Assembly: GCF_006345805.1 (NCBI RefSeq)
Contig: NC_042997.1
Location: forward strand, 23,932,001-23,996,000
From: Octopus sinensis
Lineage: Eukaryota
Length of the DNA: 64,000 bases
Reading direction: 5' to 3'
Of the stretch, positions 39,496 to 53,099 are shown in pieces (position 1 is the stretch's first letter; every line of letters starts with the position of its first letter). Made by a program: the position numbers and the translations under genes. The notes beneath the pieces were generated by a model, which did no database searches, had not been told where the DNA came from, and worked only from the letters and a program-made list of their open reading frames with translations.

Positions 39496-40895
39496 TACTT
39501 GATATAACCGAGGTTGCAAATTTGGTGTTTAGGCAGTGTGTTAAATATCCCAGGGCCCCAATAATTACAGGTATAAACCTGAACTTGTAATCTAGATAGA
39601 GTAACTGCAGATTTCTCAATAGTTCACCATATGTGTTCTCTTTTACTCTGATCTTCAGCTTTATGCTAACATCCGCTGAGCCGCAAATTTCCACAACTGT
39701 GCACAGTTTCCCTTCTCTAACTCAAATCATTATATTAGGTCTGTTGTGCTTACATTTTATTGAGGTGTTCACTGGTACATTCCACCAGTATTCCTTTTTA
39801 TTATGAGTGGCTATGGCTTCTAACATATTGTGGGTTCTTATTTCTTTGTCCTCTGAATATCCTTCCAACGGATTTCATTATAGAGAGTCCTAGCTACAAA
39901 GTTTTGCATCATCCGTAGATATTACCGTGATAACATTTTCGGACAACGCTTATGATGTGAGTGATATCTTCAGTATGAACTCCACAAAGTTTGCACACTT
40001 TACGTTTTTACTTGCATCTCTACCCCTTTTGTGCAATAGGTACTTGGTTGATATTTCCTGTTCTTTGATTGCAAACACATACCCTTCAAAGTGGGAGGTA
40101 GTAATGCAGCTATTGGTCTATGATAAACTGCTTTGACGGTCGACGTTACTATCATCAAGGAACTTTCTAGTAACATATCCATGCATAGTATTCTGCTCAT
40201 ATACGCTCATTCTTTCATCTGATGACACGTTGTGGTAAAGTTATGTGACTTCTTTGGGCAAGTATTCTTGGTTATCAGACAAAGAGTATTGTTCAAGGAG
40301 CTGCCTTCTAAGTCTTAAAATGTTAACAGCCTCATGATTGCAAACTTTGTCAAGGGATGCACTTCGACACTTGATGGTTAAAAGATGTTGCAGAAGAGAT
40401 ATGATGCGACATTCAAAGGCATTTTGGATCGATGTTAAGTCTCTTCCGCCTTGTTTTCGGTTTAGGTAGAGGTGGTCTAGATTATATGGAAATTATGTGT
40501 GTGCTTGTTAGTATTTTGAGGGTTTTCACATCAATGGCTCGTATCTCATCAAGCATCCAATTCAAGCAGCCTAAATGTTAGTAAGAGTAGTGGCATTGCA
40601 AGCACATTGTGAGCCACTGTTTTATTGTATGCAGAGAGTTCTCAGGTCCAAATTTTCTTTATTCGGCTGTAATATTCTTTAGTGACACGTGTTTTGTTAT
40701 AGGTGCTACTGTAAGATATATTTTCATCCGATGTTACTGTTCTGATTTATAGTTTTTTCCCCTTTTCCAACTACATAACAATATTTATCCTGACCAAACT
40801 CCAACCTAACATCCTTTGAGAATGTTGTAACTAGGTCAAGGCTCTTTTTCATCTCATGCATATTCTTTGCATAAAGTTTTAAGACATATACACAA
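39496..40895 (-). mobile_element. Second, distinct R4/Dong-like RLE retrotransposon relic
   Basis: LKLYAKN..LDLVTTFSKDVRLEFGQDK (RT domains 5-7), LYLNRKQGGR, and KENTYGELLRNLQLLY..FIPVIIGALG (endonuclease C-terminus); many stops; (TATG/CATA)n at both ends. Confidence 0.8.
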
Positions 40896-41592
40896 AGAAA
40901 CAGCGTATGTATGAATGTATATATGCATGTATGTATGTATGTATGTATGTATGTGTGTATGTATGTATGTATGTATGTATGTATGTACGTATGTATGTAT
41001 GTATGTATGTATGTATGCATGTATGTATGTATGTATATAAGTATGTATTATACAATGCGCATAAAAACGCAAAATGGAAACACTTGCAATGTGTTTGAAT
41101 TCACAAACAAAAAAAACAGAGATTAAAAACTTTTATATGTTTTCCCTGTAACAGATCTTCCTCTCTTTCTCTCTCCTCTCTCTCTCCCCCTTTCACTCTC
41201 TCTCTCTCTCCTTTTTCCACCTTAATCGTTTAACATTTATTCTTAAGTTAACCCTACTGAATTTTAGTAGTATTATTTGGTTCTATGTGTTCTATTAAAA
41301 AGTAATAAAGGCCCAAGAAATAACATAACCCGTATAATTTAGAAAAGATTTTTTTTTTTTTCCGATTCTGATCCTTACCAGCAGACATGTAGCTGACGTC
41401 AGAGAAGGTTCACCAATAAAACAATTTAATTGGACTTTGATTGCCCATGATGAACGACTACTTAATGAATCTGGAGTTAGTGTGGCAGCCATGATGGAAC
41501 CCAAGCAGGAATCAATCTTAAAGCTGGATACTTAATTACTCATTGGTATAACAGTCCGTTTCGGTTGCGTTTTCTTACATGTATATGCATGG

Positions 41593-41623
<31 letters not shown>

Positions 41624-41709
41624 GGTATATTCGCGTGTGTACACTTATATCTGTCTGCCTATATGTATGGTGCATGAATGCGCATGCGCTTATATATATA
41701 TATATATAG

Positions 41710-42600
41710 CGGTAGTGGTAGTGGTAGTGGTGGTACTGCTGCTGCTTGTAGTGGTTGAGGCGATGTTGTTGGTGGTAGTGGTGGTTGTGGTGGTGGTGGT
41801 TGTGGTGGTGGTGGTGGTTGTGGTGGTGGTTGTGGTGGTTGTGGTTGTGGTGGTTGTGGTGGTGGTGGTGGTGGTGGTGGTTGTGGTGGTGGTTGTGGTG
41901 GTTGTGGTGGTTGTGGTGGTGGTGGTTGTGGTGGTGGTGGTGTGTAGTGGTGGTGGTGGTGGTGGTGGTTGTGGTGGTTGTGGTGGTTGTGGTGGTGGTG
42001 GTTGTGGTGGTGGTTGTGGTGGTGTGGTGGTGGTGGTGGTTGTGGTGGTGGTTGTGGTGGTGGTGGTGGTGGTGGTGGTTGTGGTGGGGTGTTGTGGTGT
42101 TGTGGGGGTTTTTTTGGTGGTGGTGGTGGTGGTGGTTGGGGTGTGGTTGTGGTGGTTGTGGTGGTGTGGTTGTGGTGGTGGGTGGTGTGGTGGTGGTGGT
42201 GGTGGTTGTGGTGGTGGTTGTGGTGGTTGTGGTGGTTGTGGTGGTTATGGTAGTGGTGGTTGTGGTGGTGGTGGTGGTGGGTGGTGGTGGTGGTTGTGGT
42301 GGTGGTTGTGGTGGTTGTGGTGGTTGTGGTAGTGGTGGTTGTGGTGGTGGTGGTGGTGGTGGTGGTTGTGGTGGTGGTTGTGGTGGTTGTGGTGGTGTGG
42401 TGGTGGTGGTGGTGGTGGTGGTTGTGGTGTGGTGGTTGTTGGTGGTGGTGGTGGTTGTGGTTGTGTGGTGGTGGTGGTGGGTTGTGGTGGTGTGGTGGTG
42501 GTTGTGGTGGTGGTTGGTGGTGGTGTGTGGTGGTGGTGGTGGTGGTGGTGGTGGTGGTGGTGGTGGTGGTTGCGGCGGCGGCGGTGGTGTGTGGTGGTGC
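41710..42600. repeat. About 0.9-kb (GGT)n/(GTT)n G-rich microsatellite
   Basis: Direct reading. Confidence 0.95.
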
Positions 42601-43440
42601 TGATGGTGACGTTTGTGATGGTGCTGCAGCTGCTATTGTTACTTCTGTTGTTTCTGCTGCAGCTGCTGCAGTTTTCGCTGCTGCCGCTGCCGCTGCTGTT
42701 GTGGGCGGTTTCAGTTCGTCATAATAGTAGTAGTGGTTGTAGTGATGATTTTGGAGAAGAGAGAAGAGAAGAGAAGATGAAGAAGACGACAACAATTATA
42801 TTCCAAGTGTTAGGTTGTCATGGATACCGACTTTGCTATTGTTTTCCGCTGACATATGACAGACAAAACTAAACGAAACCTTGTTATCAATCCACAGACA
42901 CTTTACTCCGTATATTCAAATAGAGGATATCATTTTTAATAATTTGGTGCACGATTAAGTAGATGGACAATGACTTTACTTTGGGACATGTTTTAAAATT
43001 TAGGATTTGATAACTACAGGTACAGGTACTTCTGAAAATGCGAATTTGTAAACGGTGGTGAATCTTTCACCATTTTACTTGTTGGGTGTTATAAAATACA
43101 TCTTTTATAACTTTTTGCTTTTACAGTTTTCTCAATTAGTTTCATATTTCTACTTCAGTAACTCGATTTCTGTCTCTTCACTCTCTAGTTTCTCTCATTC
43201 TCTTCTTCTGCGTGAGTATATGTGTTTGTGTGTGTATGTGTTTGTGTGTGTATGTGTGTGTATGTGTGTGTATGTGTGTGTGTGTGTGCATGCATGTATG
43301 CTTGTTTGTATATATGTATATGTGTATGTGTGTGTATGTATAACATACTTCCTCCAGAGCCAACTGGAACAAAATTACAGATAGATAGATACATACATAC
43401 ATAGACAGATAGATAGATATATATATAGATAGATAGATGA

Positions 43441-43471
<31 letters not shown>

Positions 43472-43509
43472 CATACATACAACATACATACATACATACA
43501 TACATAGAC

Positions 43510-43603
<94 letters not shown>

Positions 43604-43879
43604 AGGAAAAGATAGATAGATAGATAGATAGATACATACATAGATACATAAATACATACATATATACATACATACATAAACACCGAGGAGGTACTATAAG
43701 ATTACATAATGTTTCAACAAGCAGTTCTGTAATCCTGGCTGTTAAATTATCGAAACACGTGTCGATGAAGTATAAACTTTTTATAAAGCATACAATATCA
43801 TATATGTTTTCTGTATTTTATTAACACTATTTATGTTTGTCAATGAATATGTGTGTGTATGTGTACGTGTGTGTGTGTG

Positions 43880-43925
<46 letters not shown>

Positions 43926-43926
<1 letters not shown>

Positions 43927-44328
43927 TCTTTCTCTTTTACTTGTTTCAGTCATTTGACTGCGGCCATGCTGGAGCACCGCCTTTAGTCGAGCAAATCGAC
44001 CCCGGGACTTATTCTTTGTAAGCCCAGTACTTATTCTATCGGTCTCTTTTGCCGAACCGCTAAGAGACGGGGACGTAAACACACCAGCATCGGTTGTCAA
44101 GGAATGCTAGGGGGACAAACACAAACACACACACACACACACATATATATATACATATATATATACGACAGGCTTCTTTCAGTTTCCGTCTACCAAATCC
44201 ACTCACAAGGCTTTGGTCGGCCCGGGGCTATAGCAGAAGACACTTGCCCAAGATGCCACGCAGTGGGACTGAACCCGGAACCATGTGGTTGGTTAGCAAG
44301 CTACTTACCACAACAGCCACTCCTGCGC

Positions 44329-44330
<2 letters not shown>
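43926..44330 (-). mobile_element. SINE-A, full length
   Basis: Family match. Confidence 0.95.
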
Positions 44331-44417
<87 letters not shown>

Positions 44418-44696
44418 GCCTGCCTACCCTTTTATTTCCCTCTCTCTCACACGCACAGACACGCGCTCTGTATCCCTCACTACGTATCTAACGATGTGTG
44501 TCTTCTGTTTACTTTCGCTCGGTATGCCTATCGGTCTATCTTTATCCACACTCTTTTTCACATACATTGAACCATACAACGCATAACTTCCGTCACGCGT
44601 ATTCTTTACACATCACCTTCACTTTTAATATTGACATTGACGTTATATTATTGCTCCCCTTGTTGTTATCGGCGTACTTGGTTTTGCTCTTGAGTT

Positions 44697-44849
44697 GATG
44701 ATGCTGATGAAGACGACGAAGACGGCAACGATGATGATGATGATGATGATGACGATGATGATGATGATGATGATGATAATGATGATGATGATGATAATGA
44801 TGATGACGATGATGATGACGATGATGATGATGATGATGATGATGATGAC

Positions 44850-44884
<35 letters not shown>

Positions 44885-44930
44885 CGACGATGATGATGAT
44901 GACGATGATGATGATGATGATGATGATGAC

Positions 44931-44980
<50 letters not shown>

Positions 44981-44984
44981 CGAC

Positions 44985-45022
<38 letters not shown>

Positions 45023-45260
45023 GGATGATGATTGCTTTGGTTCTTGATTCCACTCTTTGTTTTCTAAGCATTTCGCGTTTCTGAAGTTTTTTTTTATTTT
45101 TTGTTGAACTTCACTTATTTCTTTTTATTTTGTTATTATTCTTGTTTTTTCTCCTTCCTCTTCTGCCTCCTCCTCCTCCTCTTCTTCTTCTTCTTCTTCT
45201 TCTTCTTCTTCTACTGCTGCTGCTGTTGTTTTTGTTGTTGTTGCTGTTGTTGTTGTTGTT
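44697..45260. repeat. (GAT/GAC)n followed by (CCT/CTT/GTT)n microsatellites
   Basis: Direct reading. Confidence 0.92.
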
Positions 45261-46126
45261 GCTGTCCTATCCTTCCACTTTGCGAAGGTTTTATTCTGTG
45301 TTCAATAAGCATAGATTCACTGTGGCATCTGACAGTCCATATGCCACACACAACCAAGGATACAAACTATCCTAACGCGACCAGCTGGTCTTATTAACGT
45401 AGCTGACATGGCGTGAAATAACGAAATACGCACACTCGAACACACTCACGAACCCACACACGCACAAATACTCAAATACACATACAGACAAAGACGCACA
45501 TATATATATATACACTATAATATACATTACACCCATACAGGTATACCCGGAAATACATTAACATACGCGTATCGCACCCATTTATGTGTTAAGGCACACA
45601 CATACGCACATATGCCAACACATACTATTTTACGTACAAACACATACACTCCGCCCAAACGGACTTTGAAAATATACTGATACATACACATATACATGCA
45701 CACGAAAACATTTGCTTTCACAAACTTACACACACTCCACTGCATTGCACACGCACAGAACATCCTACACACACACACACACACACACACACGAAAGCAC
45801 ACACAAAAAATGCACGTATACACACACAAACATCAACGGCCACCATCTTTTGATTCGTTTGACGCTATGGTCAAACTGAGAAACATATAAAATATATTAT
45901 ATAAAAATATCATGTGCTGACCACATTTCAGTTGTTTCTACGTTTAATCTCTTTCAAGATGTCTATAATAATGATATTTATATAATGATTGCGCAGACAT
46001 AGACATCATCATACGTTTGCAAAACCAAATACCAAAATATCGGCAATACTTTGGAAGCAAAACCCCCAATAAACTGAACGAGTTATTTGTAAGTTTGTAT
46101 ATATGTACGCATGCATGTATGTGTGC

Positions 46127-46176
<50 letters not shown>

Positions 46177-46284
46177 CATAATCCAGGTGCAGAAATGCCG
46201 TATTCCGAATGATGAAGAAGATATACTCCGATGATAGAATCGGCTTTTGGGATTTACTACATATATATATACACATATACATAC

Positions 46285-46317
<33 letters not shown>

Positions 46318-46494
46318 ATATATGTGTGTGTACATATATACGTTCAGCAAAATTTAGATTCAAATGAATATGGTACTTAAGTTAGATGCACCAGAAGTTT
46401 GTATGGTGTTATCCATATAAATCCATGGGGTGATTATAATCAAAATAAGCAACAAGAATATCTTCAAATGTATTCTTGTTGCTTATTTTGATTT

Positions 46495-46547
<53 letters not shown>

Positions 46548-47053
46548 ATATATACATATATATGTATATATGTATGTATGTATGTATCTATGTATGCATG
46601 TATATGAATATATACACTCATATATGTACATGCCTACATACATATCTATATATACATGCAGATATGGGTACAGGACGTCAAAGGACTGTTTTAATGAAGT
46701 CGCGTCTTGTCTCTACCTTCGAAACGCGGAGTAGATAAAACAAGGGACAACTGATGAAGGGAATGTTCTTTATGTTGCCTGTCTCGTTTCTCTATTTGTT
46801 TGTTTCGTTTTTCGAAAAAAAGTTCGTTTTCCATGCCTTTGTTTTTTATGTTCTCGTTTCTCATTTTGTTCGCATTTTTTGACGTCCTGTACCCATATAT
46901 ACATGTATATATATATATATATGTAGGCATGTACATGTATGTGCGTATATATGCATTAATAGATATATTAATTATATTATTATATGATCGAACGCCATGC
47001 ACCCATTTCCAAGTAAGTTTCATCTCTACATATATATAATATGTATGTGTATA

Positions 47054-47284
47054 TATTTCTTTACTACCCACAAGGGGCTAAACACAAAGGGGACAAACAA
47101 GGACAGACAAACGGATTAAGTCGATTATATCGACCCCAGTGCGTAACTGGTACTTAATTTATCGACCCCGAAATGATGAAAGGCAAAGTCGACCTCGGCG
47201 GAATTTGAACTCAGAACCTAACTGCAGATGAAATACGGCTACGCATTTCGCCCGGCGTGCTAACGTTTCTGCCAGCTCGCCGCC
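47054..47284 (-). mobile_element. Full-length SINE-B with a 12-bp TSD
   Basis: tgtatgtgtata at 47042-53 and 47285-96. Confidence 0.92.
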
Positions 47285-48959
47285 TGTATGTGTATATAAT
47301 AATTATCATATTAATTTATGTTACTATGTCATTCAGAAATGCGTAAATAACCTGCAATAATCTGCAATACACTCTTGAAATATTGGTATTTGCAGATAAA
47401 GAAAATGCTTATAATGCTTAATATTCCAATTCCAATTGAAAGAGAGTAAATGAGGAAGAATTATCTTAAATTTAGCTAGTAACATATTCTGTTGTTGATA
47501 TTAACACCCAGAGGGTGTTTTCATTTATTAGCCATCTCATTTATAGAACAAATGTGAAGATTTCCAAATAAGTAGATTCTATAAATTGGGAGATATGTGG
47601 AGCTGCAGAAAAGTTCCTGTTCTTATACAGGGCTTAGAAAAAGTGAAGGACTGCTACAATATGTGTGTGAATCTGAGTGGGGGAATCTTTTGAACAGAAA
47701 CATAATTAGCTGATCGTTTTCTATTTTCTTTTACCCAAAACTAAGGACTTTTCAACATCCTCTCGTTCATACTACGAAACACACGAATTGACAATAATGC
47801 ATATAGATACTCAATATTTTCATCTGCACAACTGTATTTACACACTATGTAAACAAATGCATGAGATTAATATCCCGAATCTGAGACAAACATTTCATTC
47901 CTGCTATGCGTACTTTCTTTCCATCTTAAAGCCATCCTTTTCCTTATGTAGTACATTAAAATAAAGAGAAATTATAACCACCCATTGCTAGATAAAAGGT
48001 TAGAGCAATAACGTTATATTAGAAATGCTTTTTATAAATGAATATACATTAACGTTATTGTTTTATTTTATTATTAGATTGCCCTTTTCTATGTATAGTC
48101 TAGTTTATAGATAGACCTTTTGATAAATAGAGCAGTCTTAAGACGCTTAACTAATCTTTTCTGCCACGACTCATTTCCGTGTTCAAATTCTACCTGCATC
48201 GACATTATATTTCAGTCCAGTGATTTCGTTACATTAACTGGAAGCATTGAGACTAATGTTGTTGAAAAACACATAAACTTCAGGCATCAATCACAGACTG
48301 AAGTTATTTTTAATTCACTTATATCGCTATTGTTCATGCAAAAATACAAAAAAAAAAGAGAAAGCAAGAAACATCAACGTCATACTTGCCATTTCACTTC
48401 CCCACAAAATAAATTTACACTAAAGCAAAACAAAAAAATATTCCATTGAATACCAATAAGTCTCCGATTTTATGTGAATCTCTTTTCAATGATTTATACA
48501 CTAACACTCCTATACTTGTTCCAGTCAGTTAGCAATGGCGACTGCGCAGCATTTATATAACTGAAAATGAAGATAAATATTTATTTCTTCCACACAATAG
48601 TACGATAATTAGTGCCAGCTCTGTAACGTTTCATAATGATAAATTACGTATCAATGGGAAACCATCCGTGTGGACCCTTTCCCCCAAAAAATCTGTACGA
48701 AAGAGTCGGGTGAGGTAATGTAGAATAAAGAGTTCTGCTCTAAAGAAAAAATTCCTTGGACAGATTTAATTTTACCCTCGGTAAGTAACTAGATTGACAG
48801 TTTAACCACTCGTTCATTTTGTTCCTACTCTTATAGACAAGAATAATATTTTGGGTAAGCTGCGAATATAAATATATCTAACTTCTAAGCTTATCTACGG
48901 ATTATCTCAGAAAATAACTTTATCTTATTTGTATATCAATTTTAATCCTCAATCGGGGG

Positions 48960-49572
48960 AGGGTGTCCACACTTGTTCATTCGTGAGACGTGACGGCAAA
49001 GAAGAACACACTTTCACTCTCTGCGCGTGATTAGACTGAGAAAGCTGGTAAGGAACCCATTAACCCAATTTGCTGACTATCCCGATGGCACGCAGATGTT
49101 GATGAATGGTTAAATGGCCAAAATCAAGCTTCTCTGCTATTTCCTCAACAGTTACGATGGGATTTTATTCACCAGGGTTTGCAGGATGACCTCGTGCAGC
49201 TGTACATAACTTCCAGGACGAGACTCGTCTCCTAAGCTGTAGTTTCCGGTTCGGAATTTCTGGAATCATCGTTACGCTTACTGTCCGATCCCCATATACT
49301 GCATTAATATTCTTCGCGCTTTCCGTTGCATTATTACCTTAATTGAACTCATAAAGCAAAATATGCCGTATATGCTCCTTTGTCACTTCCATTTAGCTTT
49401 GAAAAATAACAATTAAAATCGAACTGCACTCTTCAAAATTGCACTATGAATAAACAGAAGTTAAAATTACTACCTGCTTTTATAGCAAGTTGATGCAGGT
49501 AGATTATCCTGTCTCCCTCCGACTTTCAGTTCATGCAATTGAAACAATCACATTATTTATGGGCTGACCCAA
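48960..49572 (-). mobile_element. Mariner (Mos1/SETMAR-like) 5' relic
   Basis: TIR-like TA|ttgggtcagcccataaataatg; MEVTKEHIRHILLYEFN*GNNATE..FQKFRTGNYSL..SKLG.WVP.QLSQSNHAQRV with stops. Confidence 0.85.
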
Positions 49573-49739
49573 TATATTGTACATTCTAGAAGGTTTGAAA
49601 CTTTTTTGTAAGAGAGGTAATTATAACTCTTCTAAATTTTATTATAAATTAAATAATTTGTTATTCCAGATTGAAGGAGACAATCGTAAGAGCACTTTCA
49701 ATAAACCTTACGAAACACAGCTTTTCTCAAATGTTTAGT

Positions 49740-50210
49740 TTGCTGAATGCAATCGGGACGTGAAGACAATTTGTAAGCTCGCTATGCGATAAAGCTTTGT
49801 TTCAAAATAAGCAAAAGAACTACAGAATATTATGAAATGGTTCAGGTTGTTTATGGACTAACTTCTATGAGCTGAGCATGTTTTTTTTCTTGGTACAAGA
49901 TGCCAAATAAAATATCTCCGCCGGGAAGCGCAGGACGATCCTTTTCCGATATCATGGACTTCATGTACACTCACGATCTTCCGTTAACAAAGTGTACAAA
50001 GTGTACTTTGTAAAGGTTCTGAGTGAGTTCAGGAAGAGATTATTCCGCAAAAGGCAGAGCGCCGGGCTACCACAATGTACCAGTCCATCGTTTCATCCAG
50101 GTAATTAACTATTAGACGGTGATTGACATGAAAAACTGCCCCTCACCTTTCCTGCAGTCCAGAAATTGCTCTGTCTCTGAAGTTTTGGTTGTTCCCCGAG
50201 TTGAAGGAAA
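49740..50210 (+). mobile_element. Internally deleted mariner relic
   Basis: ARYAIKLCFKISK..YEMVQVVYG and CSPEIALSLKFWLFPELK-like remnants. Confidence 0.7.
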
Positions 50211-50737
50211 AGGTGAAAGTGGCTGTAGTAATTATCCTGGACACCCTCACTTGAGAGGACTTCTATGGGGATTTTCACGAACCGGTAGTTCTGCTAAAGC
50301 CGGTGCATTGATATTAGAGTACCGTTATTTGAAGGACATAAGAATTTTGTACTTCTTTGAAAACAATTATCTGTTTCTCCTGAAAAAATCTTTGTATACA
50401 TACGCGCGAGCGCACACAAACTAAAACACACGAACACATATAAACATTGGATAATGAGGTCGTGATTATATTGTGTCTGTGAAAGATAATTACAGACGAA
50501 TTGATTATAATCTTAGATAAGCTCTTCAAATTTAGAACTAAAGAGTAACTCATTTGAAAATTATTTCTTTGCATATATTCCAAAAAATATTGTATAAACG
50601 TTGAATTATAATATGTGAGGTATGCGTACTTCTGCGCCTTGCTCGGCGCGTGTGTGTGCGTGAGTGTGAGTGTGCACACGTGCGTGTGTGTGCGTGTGCT
50701 TGTAAGTGTGTGTGTGCGTGTGTGTGCCTTTCTGGAT

Positions 50738-51090
50738 CCAGTCCCACAGCGTGGCACCTTGGGCAAGTGTATCCAACTATAGCCTCGGGCTGGCCAAATC
50801 TTTGTGAGTGGATTTTGGTAGACGGAAACTGAAAGAAACCCGCCGTATATATATGTTTATGTGTGTGTGTGTGTGTGTGTGTATGTTTGTGCTTGTCCCC
50901 CCCCCCACCACCATCGCTTGACAACCGATGTTGGTATATTTACGTCCCCGTAACTTAGCGGTTCGTCAAAAGAGACCGATAGAATAAGTACTAGGCTCAC
51001 GAAGAAAAAGTCCTGGGGTCGATTAGTTCGACTAAAGGCAATGCTCCAGCATGGCCGCTGTCAAATGACTGAAACTAGTAAAAGAGTAAA
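50738..51090 (+). mobile_element. SINE-A, 5'-truncated
   Basis: Family match. Confidence 0.9.
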
Positions 51091-51539
51091 AGAAAAAAAG
51101 AAGATATATGTGTGTGTGAGGGGGGGTGTTTGTATTTGTGTGTGTGTGTGGGTTTATGTATTTGTGTGTGTGTGTGGGTGTATGTATTTGTGTGTGTGTG
51201 TGTGTGTGTGTATACAAATTGAGGGAGTGAAGCAGGGAAATTCCAGGCTACATATGTTTCCTAGCAAGTAATTATTACTCAACGAAGGGTACTCTGCTAG
51301 CTACTCATTAGGCAGAAGATACCTTAATTATATGAAGATTACATTGTCGCTCGGGGATCCCCATTTAAATCTCCAGAAATAGAATTCGAAATGTGTGGTG
51401 AACCAGAAGACCGGAGTAAAAAATGCAAAATAAAACAAATATATGAAGAAATAAAATGGTCGGTAAAAATATTAAAAGAAGCGGTCGAAAATTTTGGAGT
51501 GGGCAAGAAAAGGTGAGGGGTGTAAGATGAGCACGAATT

Positions 51540-53099
51540 ATCGACCCTAAAGGTTGAAAGGTAAAGTCGACCTCGGTGGAATTTGAACTCGGCCCGAAAA
51601 TTTTAAGGAGGAGCCAGTCGATTATATCGACCCAGTACGCAACTGGTACTTAATTTGTTGACTCAAAAGGATGAAAGGCAAAGTGGACCTCGCCGGACTT
51701 TCAATTCAGAAGGTAAAGACAGACGAAATACCGCTAAACATTTCGCCCGACGTGCTGACGATTCTTATTTCTTTATTGCCAACAAGGGGCTAAACACAGA
51801 GGAGACAAGCAAGGACAGAAAAAGGATTAAGTCGAGAACATCGACCCCAGTATGTAACTGGTACTTAATTTATCGAACCCGAAAGGATGAAAGCCAAAGT
51901 CGACCTCGGTGTAATTTGGACTCAGAACGTAACGGCAGACGAAATACGGCTACGCATTTCGCCCGGCGTGCTAACGATTCTTATTCCTTTATTGCCGACA
52001 AGGGGCTAAACATAGAGGGGACAAACAAGGACAGACAAAGGGATTAAGTCAATGACATCGATCTCAGTGCGTAACTGGTACTTATTTAATCGACGCCGAA
52101 AGGATGAAAGGCAAAGTCGGCGGAATTTGAACTCAGAACGTAACGGCAGACGAAATACCACTAAGCATTTCGCCAGGTGTGCTAACGATTCTACCAGCTC
52201 GCCGCCTTATGCGATAAATAAATATAATCTTTTCTACTCTAGGCACAGGGCCCGAAGATTTTGCGGAGGTAGCCAGTTAGATGGATGATTGATCTGGGGT
52301 TATTTCACTATGTCAACGATAAATAAATATAATACTTTTCATAATAGGCACAAGTCCTAAAGTTTTTTGTTTTTTTTTGTTTTTTGTGTGGGGGACTAGT
52401 CGATTAACTCGATCCCCGAATTTCACTGGTAATTAATTTATAGACCCCAAAAGATGAAAAACAAAGTCGATCCCGGGGCTATTTGAACTCAGAACGTGCA
52501 GAAAGACGAAATTTCGCTAACGATTCTACCAGTTCGCCGCCTTATGCGATAAATAAATATAATTTATATTTAACTTCTTACAAGGGACTAAACTCAGAAC
52601 GCAACGGCGGACGAAATACCTATTTCTTTATTACACACAAGGGACTAAACACAGAGGGGACAAACAAGGACAGACATAAGTATTAAGTCGATTACATCGA
52701 CCCCAGTGCGTAACTGGTACTTAATTTATCGACCCCGAAAGGATGAAAGGCAAAGTCGACCTCGGCGGAATTTGAACTCACAACGTAACGGCAGACGAAA
52801 TACCGCAAAGCATTTCGCCCGGCGTGCTAACGTTTCTGCCAGCTCGCCGCCTTCGCGAAAAATAAATATATATTTCTTTACTACCCACAAGGGGCTAAAC
52901 ATAGAGGGGACAAACAAGGACAGGCATAGGTATTAAGTCGATTCCATCGCCCCCTGTGCGTAACTGGTACTTAATTTATCGACCCCGAAAGGATGAAAGG
53001 CAAAGTCGACCTCGGCGGAATTTGAACTCACAACGTAACGGCAGACGAAATACCGCAAAGCATTTCGCCCGGCGTGCTAACGTTTCTGTCAGCTCGCCG
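51540..53099 (-). mobile_element. Cluster of at least 7 SINE-B and SINE-B-related units in head-to-tail array
   Basis: Repeated aaaggatgaaaggcaaagtcgacc blocks; junctions at 51765, 51981 and 52620; repeated linker gcgataaataaatataat. Confidence 0.93.

Noticed and set aside
41565-42872. Long ORFs (255-378 aa) of poly-V/W/G/T/H/P
   Set aside because: Translations of a (GGT/GTT)n microsatellite that is stop-free by construction; no coding signal.
44094-44570. Recurrent ORFs such as RRASFSFRLPNPLTRLWSARGYSRRHLPK
   Set aside because: Antisense translations of SINE-A repeated across the window; not a protein family.
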